Assembly: GCA_963749075.1 (NCBI GenBank)
Contig: CAVVLJ010000016.1
Location: forward strand, 1,280,001 to 1,344,000
Length of the DNA: 64,000 bases
Direction: 5' to 3'
DNA from: an uncultured Pseudomonadota bacterium
GTDB taxonomy: Bacteria > Pseudomonadota > Alphaproteobacteria > JACZXZ01
Part shown: one piece after another, positions 8,920-20,499 of the stretch
Numbering within the stretch: position 1 is the first letter of the stretch
Layout of the letters: the number at the start of each line of letters is the position of its first letter
Notes under the pieces: model-generated
Told to the model about the DNA's origin: nothing
The model's input: the letters and a program-made list of their open reading frames with translations, nothing else
Databases searched by the model: none
Program-made: the position numbers and the translations under genes

Positions 8920-9638
8920 GCGTCCCGGGCTTCTTCACCGCAGGCATCAGGTTCGAGTTACCCCATCCGTCTATAAACCCACGGCTGATCGTCATTGTCC
9001 ATGGCGTTGTCGAGCGCGGCTTGGAGCTGTTGCGAAATGACCCGCCAAAAGGTTTTGATCTGCAAACTGCAAAAGAAGACGCCATCACGTTCTATCTTCA
9101 CTGGGTCATTGAAAACCGACTCAGGCGCACCAAAGAAATTCCGGGATTCGACATGCGCACCTTTGGCCCAGTGTGGCGCGAACCGAAAGTGACGAACTTC
9201 GACCTGAAGCACCCTGACAAGATGCCGGACTTGGTCTTTACCTTTAGGCGCGAGTCGCTACCGATCCTTGGCACTCAGGATGGGTTCTTCGTTGAATGCA
9301 AGCCTGTGGACGACGCCCACGCGGCCGGTGAACACTACTGCGATAAGGGGCTTAGGCGATTCGTGAATGGCGACTACGCCTGGACGATGCAGGAGGCGAT
9401 GATGGTGGCCTATGTCCGTGGCGGTCGTTCCATCGGCAAAAGCCTTGTCCCTGCTCTCCACGCTAGACGCGAGGCTCTCAAGATTGTTGCCGACCCAACT
9501 CCCATCGACGGAAGCCCTGTCAGCACGAGAGCCGAGACACTATACGCCAGCACTCATGCCCGCGGTTTCCCTTGGCCGGACGGGAGAGGCTGTGCCTGCG
9601 ATATTCGCATTTTTCATTCTTGGTACTCCTGCTCGTGA
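8916..9638 (+). CDS. Putative PD-(D/E)xK restriction-endonuclease-fold protein
   Basis: GTGA start/stop overlap with the MTase; KEDAIT...MPDLVF...FFVECKPV...YCDKGLRRFVNGDYA. Confidence 0.6.
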   Translation: MSVPGFFTAGIRFELPHPSINPRLIVIVHGVVERGLELLRNDPPKGFDLQTAKEDAITFYLHWVIENRLRRTKEIPGFDMRTFGPVWREPKVTNFDLKHPDKMPDLVFTFRRESLPILGTQDGFFVECKPVDDAHAAGEHYCDKGLRRFVNGDYAWTMQEAMMVAYVRGGRSIGKSLVPALHARREALKIVADPTPIDGSPVSTRAETLYASTHARGFPWPDGRGCACDIRIFHSWYSCS

Positions 9639-9729
9639 TATGGGGTCCTTCCAAGTATATGATAAAGGACACTTTCATATAGAGGGGCAGGGCGCGGCCA
9701 CCCAGGAAGGCTACGCAGCCTAGACAACC

Positions 9730-9960
9730 TTAGTCGTTCATCCCTCGGAAAATGAGAGGTCCCCACTCCCAGCGGTTCGCACCATAGGGAGTCAGCTGAT
9801 TTGCCGGAATAGAGACCCTCGTCGGATTGCCTACGGCTGAGGGCAGCTCCACCTCCACATCGGGGCCGTTTATAGCGACCGCCGTACCCTGGGCCGACAG
9901 CGGTCCGGAGCTACCAGGCAGGTTGACCTGGACAATTACGGTATCGCCTTGTTGTGGCAC
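9730..9960 (-). CDS. Small hypothetical protein (76 aa), SH3/KOW-like beta pattern
   Basis: GGAGG RBS before GTG; PQQGDTVIV...GTAVAINGPDVEVEL...VSIPANQL. Confidence 0.5.
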   Translation of the reverse strand: MPQQGDTVIVQVNLPGSSGPLSAQGTAVAINGPDVEVELPSAVGNPTRVSIPANQLTPYGANRWEWGPLIFRGMND

Positions 9961-10280
9961 GGGCGTCCTCCATCATTCACCGTGGCGCCTGGGCTGAATT
10001 CATCGCGGAACTGCGACAGCTCTGGGCTCGCGCGCTTGTCTGGGACCCGGCGAGTCGTCGCCATTTGGCCCACGAAATCCTTCCTCTGTCGAGTCGACAT
10101 CGCCGCGACCCCTTAATTGACTTGCCGCCCCTTGTGGGCAATTCCTGCGCGAGGGCCGCGCGCTTGTAGCCCCCCGTCGGCTAGGCTAAGCTCCTGCTCG
10201 CAGGGCGAGAACAAGGGCCGGTTTTGCGGCCGAAAATGACCGCTCTGGGGCGAGGCGCTCGCGAACTGGGAGAGGGGATC

Positions 10281-11804
10281 ATGCTGAAGAGACTGGCACT
10301 CGCCGGCATTCCGGCGCTCGCGGCGTTCCTGCTCGGCGGCGCGCCGGCAGAGGCAGGCAAGGCCGACGACACCCTCAACATCGCCTGGGACCAGCCGCTC
10401 GACAACGCGGACGCCTATTTCAACACCAACCGCGAAGGCATCCTATTCGCGCGCATGGTGTGGGATCAGCTCATCGAGCGCGATCCGGTCACCTTCGAGT
10501 ACAAGCCCGAGCTCGCCACCGCCTGGCGCTGGATCGACGACGTGACCCTCGAGTTCGACCTGCGCAAGGGCGTGCAGTTCCAGGACGGCCAGCCCTTCGA
10601 CGCCGACGACGTGGTCTATACCCTCAATTTCGTCATCGACCCGGCCAACAAGGTGCTCAACACCACCAACGTCGGCTGGATCAAGAACGCCGAGAAGATC
10701 GATCCCTTCAAGGTGCGCCTCCACCTCAAGGCGCCCTTTCCTGCTGCCCTCGAATATATCGCCGGGCCCATCCCGATCTATCCCCACGTCTATTACGCCA
10801 AGGTCGGACCCGACGGCATGGGGAAGAAGCCGATCGGCAGCGGCCCCTACATGGTGGCAGCGCTCGAGCCCGGCAAGTCGGCGACTTTCGTCAAGAACCC
10901 CCACTATTGGGAGGGCAGCCCCAAGGGCAAGCCCAAGATCGGCAAGATCGTCATGCGCACGATTCCCGAGAAGACGACGCAGATGGCCGAGCTGCTCTCC
11001 GGCGGCATCGACTGGATGTGGTACGTGCCGACCGACCAGATCGACAACATCCGCAAGGTGAAGGGCCTCTCGGCCGTCGACGGCGAGACCATGCGCTCGG
11101 GCTACATCTTCTTCGACGCGGCCGGCCGCTCCGGCAAATCGCCCCTCCAGGACGTGCGCGTGCGCCGCGCCATCGCCCACGCCGTCAACCGCGAGGAATA
11201 CACCAAGACCTTCTTCGCCCCCTCCGCCCACGTGCTCAAGGCGCCCTGCTTCCCCACCCAGTTCGGCTGCTACCAGGGTGCCGCGCAGTACGACTTCGAC
11301 CTCGCCAAGGCCAAGGCGCTGATGAAGGAGGCCGGCTACGAGAAGGGCTTCGATACCCAGCTCTACTCCTTCCGCGATCCGCGCACCTGGGAGACCTCGC
11401 TCGCCGGCTACATGAGTGCCATCGGCGTGCGCGCCAATATCCAGCACCTGCAATACCCCACCTTCCGCAACAAGAACCACGAGGGGGTGACGCCGATCTC
11501 CTTCGGCGACTGGGGCTCCTATTCGATCAACGACGCCTCCGCCATCCTGGGCAATTTCTTCACCGGCTCGCCCGACGACTTCACCGGCGACAAGGAGCTC
11601 GAAGGCTGGGTGCACGAGGCCGACACCAGCCCGGACCCCAAGAAGCGCGAGGAGCTCTACAAGAAGGCCGTCGAGCGCATCATGGACCAGATGTACATGC
11701 TGCCGCTCAATTCCTACGCCATCTATTACGCCTTCACGAGCGAGCTCGACTTCACCCCCTACAAGGACGAGATACCGCGCTATTACCTCTACGGGTGGAA
11801 GTAA
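10281..11804 (+). CDS. Peptide/nickel-type ABC transporter substrate-binding protein (family 5)
   Basis: PELATAW, FDLRKGVQFQDGQPFDADDVVYTL, PIGSGPY, DVRVRRAIAHAVNRE. Confidence 0.92.
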   Translation: MLKRLALAGIPALAAFLLGGAPAEAGKADDTLNIAWDQPLDNADAYFNTNREGILFARMVWDQLIERDPVTFEYKPELATAWRWIDDVTLEFDLRKGVQFQDGQPFDADDVVYTLNFVIDPANKVLNTTNVGWIKNAEKIDPFKVRLHLKAPFPAALEYIAGPIPIYPHVYYAKVGPDGMGKKPIGSGPYMVAALEPGKSATFVKNPHYWEGSPKGKPKIGKIVMRTIPEKTTQMAELLSGGIDWMWYVPTDQIDNIRKVKGLSAVDGETMRSGYIFFDAAGRSGKSPLQDVRVRRAIAHAVNREEYTKTFFAPSAHVLKAPCFPTQFGCYQGAAQYDFDLAKAKALMKEAGYEKGFDTQLYSFRDPRTWETSLAGYMSAIGVRANIQHLQYPTFRNKNHEGVTPISFGDWGSYSINDASAILGNFFTGSPDDFTGDKELEGWVHEADTSPDPKKREELYKKAVERIMDQMYMLPLNSYAIYYAFTSELDFTPYKDEIPRYYLYGWK

Positions 11805-11824
11805 GTCGCACGCCGGCAAGATTG

Positions 11825-11862
11825 CCCCTCCCCCCTTGAGGGGGAGGGCTGGGGTGGGGGGT
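11825..11862. repeat. Intergenic palindromic element CCCTCCCCC-TTGA-GGGGGAGGG followed by GGGGTGGGGG
   Basis: GC hairpin between the SBP and permease genes; resembles small alphaproteobacterial extragenic repeats. Confidence 0.65.
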
Positions 11863-11880
11863 AAGGCGGGGTAGAGCTAG

Positions 11881-12798
11881 GTGCTCGTCTATTTTCTCAA
11901 GCGCAGCCTGGTAGCGGTCCTGGTCGCGATCACGGTCTCGATCATCAGCTTCATGCTGCTGCACCTCTCGGGCGACCTCGCCCAGGCGCTCGCCGGCCCC
12001 TCGGCCACGGCGGCCAACGTGGCACAGGTGCGCAAGTCCTACGGCCTCGACCGACCGCTCGCCGTGCAGTACCTCGAATGGGCGAAGAAGGCGCTGCACG
12101 GCGACTTCGGCGAATCCTTCTTCGACAAGGAGCCGGTCTTCCAGCTGATCGCGGATCGCCTGCCGATCACCCTCTCGCTCGGCACGGCCGCCCTGGCACT
12201 CGCCCTCCTCACCGCGATCCCGCTCGGCATCCTCGCCGCGGTCAGGCCGAACTCCTGGCTCGACCGGCTGGCCTTGACGCTCTCGGTCTTCGGCCAGGCG
12301 CTGCCGAGCTTCTGGTTCGGCCTCCTCCTCATGATCTTCTTCGGGCTCAAGCTGCGCTGGCTGCCGGTCTCCGGCACGGGCGGCTGGCGCTATTACGTGA
12401 TGCCCGCGATCACGCTCGCCTATTACGCCATGCCGGCCTTCATGCGGCTCACGCGCACCGGCATGATGGAGGTGCTCGCCTCCGACTACATCCGCACCGC
12501 GCGCGCCAAGGGCCTGAGTACGGCGCGCGTGCTCTTCAAGCACGCGCTGAGGAACGCCATCATCCCGGTGGTCGCCGTCGCGGCCGTGCAGTTCGGCTTC
12601 CTCCTCGGCGGCTCGATCGTGGTCGAGAGCGTGTTCTCGCTCCACGGCGTCGGCTATCTCGGCTGGGAGGCGATCAGCCGCGCCGATTTCCCGGTCGTGC
12701 AGGCGATCGTGCTCGTGCTCGCCGGCATCTACGTGGTGCTGACGCTCCTGGCCGACCTGCTCAACGCCTTCCTCGATCCCCGCGTGCGGGTCCATTGA
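11881..12798 (+). CDS. Peptide ABC transporter permease (DppB/OppB-like)
   Basis: GLDRPLAVQY, GDFGES, DYIRTARAKGL, HALRNA. Confidence 0.92.
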   Translation: MLVYFLKRSLVAVLVAITVSIISFMLLHLSGDLAQALAGPSATAANVAQVRKSYGLDRPLAVQYLEWAKKALHGDFGESFFDKEPVFQLIADRLPITLSLGTAALALALLTAIPLGILAAVRPNSWLDRLALTLSVFGQALPSFWFGLLLMIFFGLKLRWLPVSGTGGWRYYVMPAITLAYYAMPAFMRLTRTGMMEVLASDYIRTARAKGLSTARVLFKHALRNAIIPVVAVAAVQFGFLLGGSIVVESVFSLHGVGYLGWEAISRADFPVVQAIVLVLAGIYVVLTLLADLLNAFLDPRVRVH

Positions 12799-12810
12799 GA
12801 TGCCGCGGCC

Positions 12811-13706
12811 ATGAGCGTCGACAGCCTCATCACCCTCGGCGAAGTCCTGCGGCCCAACGCGGCGGCACTCCTCGGCCGCCGCATCCTCGGCCACCGCACC
12901 TTCGTCTTCGGCGCGGGCACGCTCGCCTTCATCCTCGCCGTGGCCATTCTCGCCCCCTGGCTTGCCCCTCACGACCCCTACGCCCAGGCGCTCAGCCAGC
13001 GCCTCATCCCGCCCATCTGGCACGACAAGGGCAGCTGGGATCACATCCTCGGCACCGACCAGCTCGGACGCGACTATCTCTCCCGCCTCATCTACGGCTC
13101 GCGCATCTCGCTCCTCATCGGCACCGCGGCGATGACCATGTCCGGGCTCATCGGCGTCACGCTTGGGCTCGTGGCCGGCTATTTCGGCGGACGCGCCGAC
13201 CTCGTCATCAATTTCATCGTCACCACGCGCCTCGCCATGCCGATCATCCTCGTGGCGCTCGCCGTGGCGGCGCTCGCGGGGAGCTCGCTCGAGAACGTGA
13301 TCCTGGTGCTGGGGCTCCTCCTTTGGGACCGCTTCGCGGTGGTGACGCGGAGCGTCACCATCCAGGTCCGCGCCCTCGATTACGTGGCGGCGGCGCGCGC
13401 GGTCGGCTGCTCCGCCTTGCGCGTGGTGGCGAGCGAGATCCTCCCCAACGTTCTCAACGCGATCATCGTGGTGGCGACCCTCGAGATGGCGAACGCCATC
13501 CTCCTCGAGGCGGCCCTCTCCTTCCTCGGCCTCGGCGTGCCCTCGCCGCTGCCCTCGTGGGGGCTGATGATCGCCGAGGGCAAGGAGTACATGTTCTTCA
13601 GCCCGTGGGTGATCACCATCCCGGGCGTCGCCCTCTTCACGCTCGTGCTGGCGATCAACCTGCTCGGCGACGGCGTGCGCGATCTCACGGCGCCGGAGAA
13701 CCGCGC

Positions 13707-13710
<4 letters not shown>
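12811..13710 (+). CDS. Peptide ABC transporter permease (DppC/OppC-like)
   Basis: HILGTDQLGRDYLSRLIYGSRISL, EAALSFLGLG, SWGLMI. Confidence 0.92.
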
Positions 13711-14711
<1,001 letters not shown>

Positions 14712-14715
<4 letters not shown>

Positions 14716-15686
14716 CGGCACCCGTCATCGAGGCGCGCGAGGTGGAGCGCCGCTTCTGGCTCCCGGCCGGCCTCTTCAGGGCAGAACGCGCGCTCCGCGC
14801 CGTGCGCGGCGTCAGCCTGAGCCTCGCGCGCGGCGAGGTGCTCGGGCTCGTCGGCGAGTCCGGCTGCGGCAAGTCGACGCTGGCGCGCATGCTCTTGGGC
14901 CTCTTGCCGCCCTCGAGCGGCACCATCCTCTTCGACGGCACGCCGATTGAGCACCTCGGCAGCACAGCACTCGCGCGCCGCGTGCAGCCCGTGTTCCAGG
15001 ACCCCTATTCCTCCCTCAACCCGCGGAAGTCGATCGGCGCCATCATCGCCTTGCCCTTGCGCGTGCACGGCCTCGGCGACGCCCGCGAGCGGCGGCTGAA
15101 GGTGGCGGAGATCATGGAGCGCGTCGGGCTGCCGGAGCGGCTCTCCCGCAGCTATCCCGGCCAGCTCTCGGGCGGCCAGCGCCAGCGCGTGGCGATCGCC
15201 CGCGCGCTCGTCATGCGGCCCGAGGTGGTGATCTGCGACGAGCCGACCTCGGCGCTCAACGTCTCCGTGCAGTCCCAGATCCTCAACCTCCTCCAGGACC
15301 TGCAGAAGGAGCTCAACCTCACCTATGTGGTGATCAGCCACAACCTCGCCGTGGTCCAGCATCTGGCGACGCGCGTCGCGGTCATGTATCTCGGCCGCAT
15401 CGTCGAGGAGAACGAGACGCTTGAGCTCTTCCGCGCGCCGCGCCATCCCTATACGAGAGCGCTCCTCGCCTCGGTGCTGACGCCCGAGCCGGGGCTCGGC
15501 GTCCCCGACACCCATCTCGGCACCGCCTTTCCCAACCCCCTTGATCCGCCGCCCGGATGCAGCTTTCATCCGCGCTGCGTCCATGCCATGGCGCTCTGCC
15601 GCGAGCGCGCGCCCGAGCGCCGGCAGGTGGACGGCGGCACGTTGGAATGCCATCTCTATGATGCGGAGCCCGGCTCGGCCCCTTAG
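14712..15686 (+). CDS. Peptide ABC ATP-binding protein (DppF-like)
   Basis: GTGA overlap; GESGCGKST, FQDPYSSLNPR, LSGGQRQR, DEPTSAL, HPYT, GCSFHPRC. Confidence 0.9.
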
Positions 15687-15725
15687 GACGGGCGGAGCGC
15701 GCGAATTGGGAAAAGGACGCACGCC

Positions 15726-17213
15726 ATGGCGACCCCTGCCTCGAGCCAGCCCGACCTCGTCATCCGCTCGGCCCTCCTGATCGACGGCACGGGCAAGCCC
15801 GCGACCCTCGGCGATCTTGCCGTCACGGACGACCGCATCACGGCGGTCGGCGCCCTCGGCGCGCTCAAGGGCGGGGTGGAGATCGCCGCAGAGGGCAAGG
15901 CCCTCGCACCCGGCTTCATCGACGTGCATACCCACGACGACCGAGCCCTCCTCTCCGACCCGCTCATGGCCTGCAAGGTGAGCCAGGGTGTCACCACCGT
16001 GGTGGCGGGAAACTGCGGCGTGAGCCTCGCCCCGCTCAGGATCGGGCGCCGCCCGCCGCCGCCGCTCGACCTCCTGGCCGAGGAGCCGGGGCAATTCTAC
16101 GGGAACTTCGGCGACTATCTCGACGCCCTCGACGCCTCGCCGCCGGCGCTCAATGCCGCCTGCCAGGTCGGCCACTCGACGCTGCGCGTGGGTGCCATGG
16201 ACCGGCTGGACCGCGCGGCCAGCCCCGCCGAGATCCTCGTCATGCGCCGGCGCCTCGAGGAGTCGCTCGAGGCCGGCGCCATCGGCTTCTCGACCGGCCT
16301 GTGGTACGACCCCGCGGCCGCCGCTCCGACTTCGGAGGTGATCGAGATCGCGCGGGCGCTCAAGCCGCTCGGCGCCATTCACACGACGCACATGCGCGAC
16401 GAATCTGCGCACGTCATCGACTCCCTCGAGGAGACCTTCGCCATCGGCCGCGAGGCCGAGGTGCCGGTGGTGATCTCCCACCACAAGGTGAGCGGCCTCT
16501 CCAACCACGGCCGCACCCGCGAGACGCTCGCCCTCATCGAGAAGGCCAGGCGGCAGCAGCCGCTCGGCCTCGACGTCTATCCCTATGTCGCGGGCTCGAC
16601 CGTGCTACGAACCGCCCGCCTCGAGGAGGCGAGCCGGGTGATCGTCACCTGGTCGCGCCCGCACCCCGAGTTCGCCGGCCGGGACCTGAGCGTCATCGCC
16701 GATCAGCTCGGCTGCAGCATGGCGGAGGCGGCGGCCCGGCTGCAGCCGGGAGGTGCCATCTATTTCATGATGGACGAGGCCAACGTGCGCCGCGTGCTGA
16801 GCTATCCCTATGCCATGATCGGCTCCGACGGCTTGCCGCACGACGAGCACCCGCACCCGCGCCTCTGGGGAACCTTTCCGCGCGTCCTCGGCCATTACGT
16901 GCGCCACGTCGGCCTCTTCACCCTCGAGGAGGCGATCAGGCGCATGACGAGCCTGCCGGCCGCCAAGTTCGGGCTCACGGGGCGCGGCATCCTGCGCCCC
17001 GGCGCCTACGCGGACCTGGTGCTCTTCGATCCCAAGACGATCGTCGACCGGGCGAGTTTCGAGAAACCCAAGGTGCCCGCGGCCGGCATCGAGCTCGTCA
17101 TGGTCAACGGCAGCGCCGTGTGGCGCGACGGCAAGCCGAGCGGCGCCCGCCCGGGCCGCGCGCTCCGCTTGGGCACTCTCGGCCCCATGGGCGGCGATAC
17201 GCTGGCCTATTAG
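15726..17213 (+). CDS. N-acyl-D-amino-acid deacylase (D-aminoacylase)
   Basis: PGFIDVHTHDD, QGVTTVVAGNCG, HMRDE, ISHHK, GSDG, HPRLWGTFPR. Confidence 0.9.
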   Translation: MATPASSQPDLVIRSALLIDGTGKPATLGDLAVTDDRITAVGALGALKGGVEIAAEGKALAPGFIDVHTHDDRALLSDPLMACKVSQGVTTVVAGNCGVSLAPLRIGRRPPPPLDLLAEEPGQFYGNFGDYLDALDASPPALNAACQVGHSTLRVGAMDRLDRAASPAEILVMRRRLEESLEAGAIGFSTGLWYDPAAAAPTSEVIEIARALKPLGAIHTTHMRDESAHVIDSLEETFAIGREAEVPVVISHHKVSGLSNHGRTRETLALIEKARRQQPLGLDVYPYVAGSTVLRTARLEEASRVIVTWSRPHPEFAGRDLSVIADQLGCSMAEAAARLQPGGAIYFMMDEANVRRVLSYPYAMIGSDGLPHDEHPHPRLWGTFPRVLGHYVRHVGLFTLEEAIRRMTSLPAAKFGLTGRGILRPGAYADLVLFDPKTIVDRASFEKPKVPAAGIELVMVNGSAVWRDGKPSGARPGRALRLGTLGPMGGDTLAY

Positions 17214-17230
17214 TGGCTTGCTCCTTGCTT

Positions 17231-17317
17231 CGTCATGCCCGCGCAAGTGGGCATCCAGGATCGGCACAGCCGAATGTTACCGTAAATTCCTGGACACCCG
17301 CTTTCGCGGGTGTGACG
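17231..17317. repeat. Paired REP-like palindromes (CGTCATGCCCGCGCAAGTGGGCATCCA ... TGGACACCCGCTTTCGCGGGTGTGACG)
   Basis: Two inverted hairpin units; a related copy lies at 43493-43572. Confidence 0.8.
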
Positions 17318-17376
17318 ACAATGGAAAAGGGCGTGCAGCGGTTGATCTTCCCGTCCAGTACTGAGGCCGATATCAG

Positions 17377-18852
17377 ATGACGAAGCGCGTGCTCATCGCC
17401 TCGATCATGCACGAGACGAACACCTTCAGCCGTATGGCCACGGACCTCGACGCCTTCAACCGCCGCTACGACCATCGCGGCGAGGCGGTGCCCAAGGCCT
17501 TCCGCGGCACGCGCACGGAGATGGGCGCCTTCCTCGACGCCGCGGAAAGCTGCGGCTGGCGGCTCAGTCATCCGGTTGCCGCGGCGGCGACGCCGTCGGG
17601 CACCGTCACCGCGGAGGCCTGGGCGGAGCTCAGCGGCGCCGTGCTGGCCGCCCTCGAGCCGCCGCCCGACGGCATTCTTCTCGCCCTTCACGGCGCCATG
17701 GTGAGCGAGACGGCGGACGATGCCGAGGGCGATCTCCTCGCGCGCATCCGCGAAAAGGTGGGCCCGCGCGTGCCGATCGCAGTGACCCTCGACCTCCACG
17801 CCAACGTGAGCGAGCGCATGGCCGAGCACGCCAACGTCATCACCGCCTACCGCACCTACCCCCACGTCGACATGTACGAGTGCGGCCGGCAGGCGGCGGA
17901 TCTCCTCGCGCGCGCCATGGCCGGCGAGATCCGGCCGCGCACGGCAGTGGCGCGCCGGGCGACCCTCGACGGGCTCGACCACGGCCGCACCACCTCGCCC
18001 GGGCCCATGCGCGACATGCTGGCGCGCGCGGCCGCCCTCGAGAAGGCGCCCGGCATATTCGTCGTGAGCGTGCACGCCGGCTTCGGCTGGGCCAACATCC
18101 GCGAGGCCGGGCCCTCGATCTCGGTGAGCGGCGAGCGCGATGCGGCGGAGCTCCGGGCGATCGCGGACGGCTTGATGGAGGAGGTCTGGCAGCGCCGCAG
18201 GGAGACCACGCTCAAGCTCCTCACGCTCCCCGAGGCCATGGCCGCTGCGCTGGCGCCCGACCATTCCGGCAAGCCGCTCGTGCTTGCCGACTTAACGGAC
18301 AATCCCGGCGGCGGCGGCTACGGCGATGCCACCAATCTCCTCCGCGCCATGGTCGAGGCCGGCATCGCCAATGCCGCCTTCGCGCCGATCAGCGACGGTG
18401 CCGCCGTGCGGCAATGCCAGGCGGCCGGCAAAGGGTCCACGCTCACCCTAGCCGTGGGCGGCAAGATCGACCCGCGCTTCGGCGCCCCCCTCGAGCTGAC
18501 CGGCACCGTCGAGCGCCTCGGCGACGGCGACTTCGTCTGCGACGGCCCCATGTGGAAGGGCCTCAAGATGTCGATGGGACCCTCCGCCGTGCTGCGCTCG
18601 GGCGGCATCGACATCGTGCTCGCGACCAACCGCTTCCAGATCACCGACCTGGAGCACTTCCTCTCGCTCGGCATCGAGCCGCGGCAAAAATCCGTCTTGG
18701 CGCTCAAGTCGGCGCAGCACTTCCGCGCCGCCTACGCGCCGATCGCGCGCGACATCCTCACCGTCGACTCAGGTGCCTTGACCACGCCCGACTATCGCCG
18801 CTTCACCTACCGCAAGCTGCGGCGGCCGATCTGGCCGCTCGACGAGCCGTAG
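17377..18852 (+). CDS. MlrC-like M81 family metallopeptidase
   Basis: HETNTFS, LALHGAMV, DAEGDLL, TLDLHAN, YRTYPHVD, DNPGGG, LKSAQHFRA. Confidence 0.9.
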   Translation: MTKRVLIASIMHETNTFSRMATDLDAFNRRYDHRGEAVPKAFRGTRTEMGAFLDAAESCGWRLSHPVAAAATPSGTVTAEAWAELSGAVLAALEPPPDGILLALHGAMVSETADDAEGDLLARIREKVGPRVPIAVTLDLHANVSERMAEHANVITAYRTYPHVDMYECGRQAADLLARAMAGEIRPRTAVARRATLDGLDHGRTTSPGPMRDMLARAAALEKAPGIFVVSVHAGFGWANIREAGPSISVSGERDAAELRAIADGLMEEVWQRRRETTLKLLTLPEAMAAALAPDHSGKPLVLADLTDNPGGGGYGDATNLLRAMVEAGIANAAFAPISDGAAVRQCQAAGKGSTLTLAVGGKIDPRFGAPLELTGTVERLGDGDFVCDGPMWKGLKMSMGPSAVLRSGGIDIVLATNRFQITDLEHFLSLGIEPRQKSVLALKSAQHFRAAYAPIARDILTVDSGALTTPDYRRFTYRKLRRPIWPLDEP

Positions 18853-18967
18853 CGCGGGGCCGCCGCGGGCCGGTCACCATAGCTTCACGGAACCGCCAGC
18901 ACGGCTGCAATCGTGACCGCCTATCCATGGCGGGCGGTCACCTTCATCAGCACGAGAGGAAACGGCC

Positions 18968-19201
18968 ATGAAGAACTCCGACAAGCTCGCCGAGCACCAC
19001 AGCACCGCCGCCCATCACCACGAGCTCGCCGCCGAGCATCACCGCCACGCCGCCGAGCACCACAAGAACGACGACCACGAGAAGGCGGCGCATCACGCGC
19101 ATGTCGCCCACGGCCATCACCTCCACGCGGCCCACCACGCCGGAGAGGCGGGCAAGCTTCACGCCGAGCACCACAGCCAGGAAGCGAGCGAGGAGGACTA
19201 G
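18968..19201 (+). CDS. Small histidine-rich helical protein, putative metal-binding
   Basis: 23 His in 77 aa with AEHH/AAHH periodicity; GAGG RBS. Confidence 0.8.
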   Translation: MKNSDKLAEHHSTAAHHHELAAEHHRHAAEHHKNDDHEKAAHHAHVAHGHHLHAAHHAGEAGKLHAEHHSQEASEED

Positions 19202-19238
19202 ACGGCCAGACGGGACGGCCCGCCGGGGACAGCGGCAC

Positions 19239-20241
19239 CTAGGCGCCGCGCGCGCGCTCCTGCCCATCCGCGAAATAGCCGGGGAACCTGCGCTTGAGGT
19301 TGTCCCGGATGCGCGCGAGCGGGTCCGTCCCCGGCGGCAAGAGGGTCTCGCCGGTGAGCGTCTCGAAGAGCCGCACGTAGCGCGCGCTCAGCTCCAGGCG
19401 CACCTCGTCCGGGATCGGCGGGATCGGCTCCTCGTAGGGGCGGCAATGGGCGTTGATCCAGAGCCGCACATATTCCTTGTCGAGCATCTCCGGCTCCTTG
19501 CCCGCGGCAAGGCGCTCCTCGTAGCTCGGCGCCAGCCAGAAGCGGCTCGAGTTCGGGCGTGTGAACCTCGTCCGCGAGCACGACCTCGCCGGCGCCGTCG
19601 AGGCCGAACTCGTACTTGGTGTCGACGAGGAGGATGCCGTGCTCCGCGCAGAGCTTGCGGCCGTGGGCGAAGACGTCGAGGCTCGCCGCCTTGATGCGCT
19701 CCCACTGCTGCTGCGTGCAGAGCCCCGCCGCGACGATGGCCCGCTCGCCGACCGGCACGTCGTGCTGGCCGAGGGGCGCCTTGCTCGTGGGCGTGATCAC
19801 CGGGCGCGGCAAGGCGCCGTTCTTGGCGAGGCCGTTGGGCAACTCGATGCCCCCGAACTCGCGCACGCCGTCCTGGTATTGCATCCAGATGCTGGTGCCG
19901 GTGGTGCCGGTCAGATAGGCGCGCACCACCACCTCGATCGGAATCATCTTGAGGGAGCGCGCGACGGTCACGTTCGGGTCGGGCACCTCGATGAGATGGT
20001 TGGGGCAGAGCGAGGCCGTGGAGCGGAACCAGAAGGCCGAAAGCCGGGTCAGGACCTGGCCCTTTTGCGGCACCGGCGACAGCATCTGGTCGAAGGCCAA
20101 CTGGCGGTCGGTGGCGATGATGATGCGCCGGCCGTCGTCCAGCGCGTAGCTGTCGCGCACCTTGCCGCCGTGGAAGCCGGGCAGCTCCGCGATATAGGCG
20201 CGCTCGAGGCAGACGGGGACGGCCTTGCTCGCGGTTGTCAT
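19239..20241 (-). CDS. purC: SAICAR synthetase (long Ade1-like type); apparent +1 frameshift at 19552
   Basis: GKVRDSY, IPIEVVVRAYLTG, ITPTSKA, LVDTKYEFG, LADEVHTP; removing one base gives PDSSRFW and joins the LDKEYVRLW frame. Confidence 0.9.
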
Positions 20242-20499
20242 GCTGCCGCCTCGCGGATTCCTTGCTCGAAGCTCCCGGCGTCTTCACGATAGCATGAACA
20301 TGGGCCGGCGGTCAGACGCCACGCGCAGGGCGCAGGCCGCTCCGGCGGCTGGCGCTCCGCCAAGGCCGCCGCAAGATAATCATTGCTTTACAATTCTACT
20401 TTAGCATGTGGCTCCCAGTGCTCGTTCCGCCCGGCATCCGAGGCGCAGCTTCATCGAGCGCCGCCTCGCACGCCGTCGCAACCGAAAAGGGGTTTGACC

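Noticed and set aside
17377-18852. Microcystin degradation cluster
   Set aside because: MlrC-family genes are widespread; mlrA, mlrB and mlrD are absent
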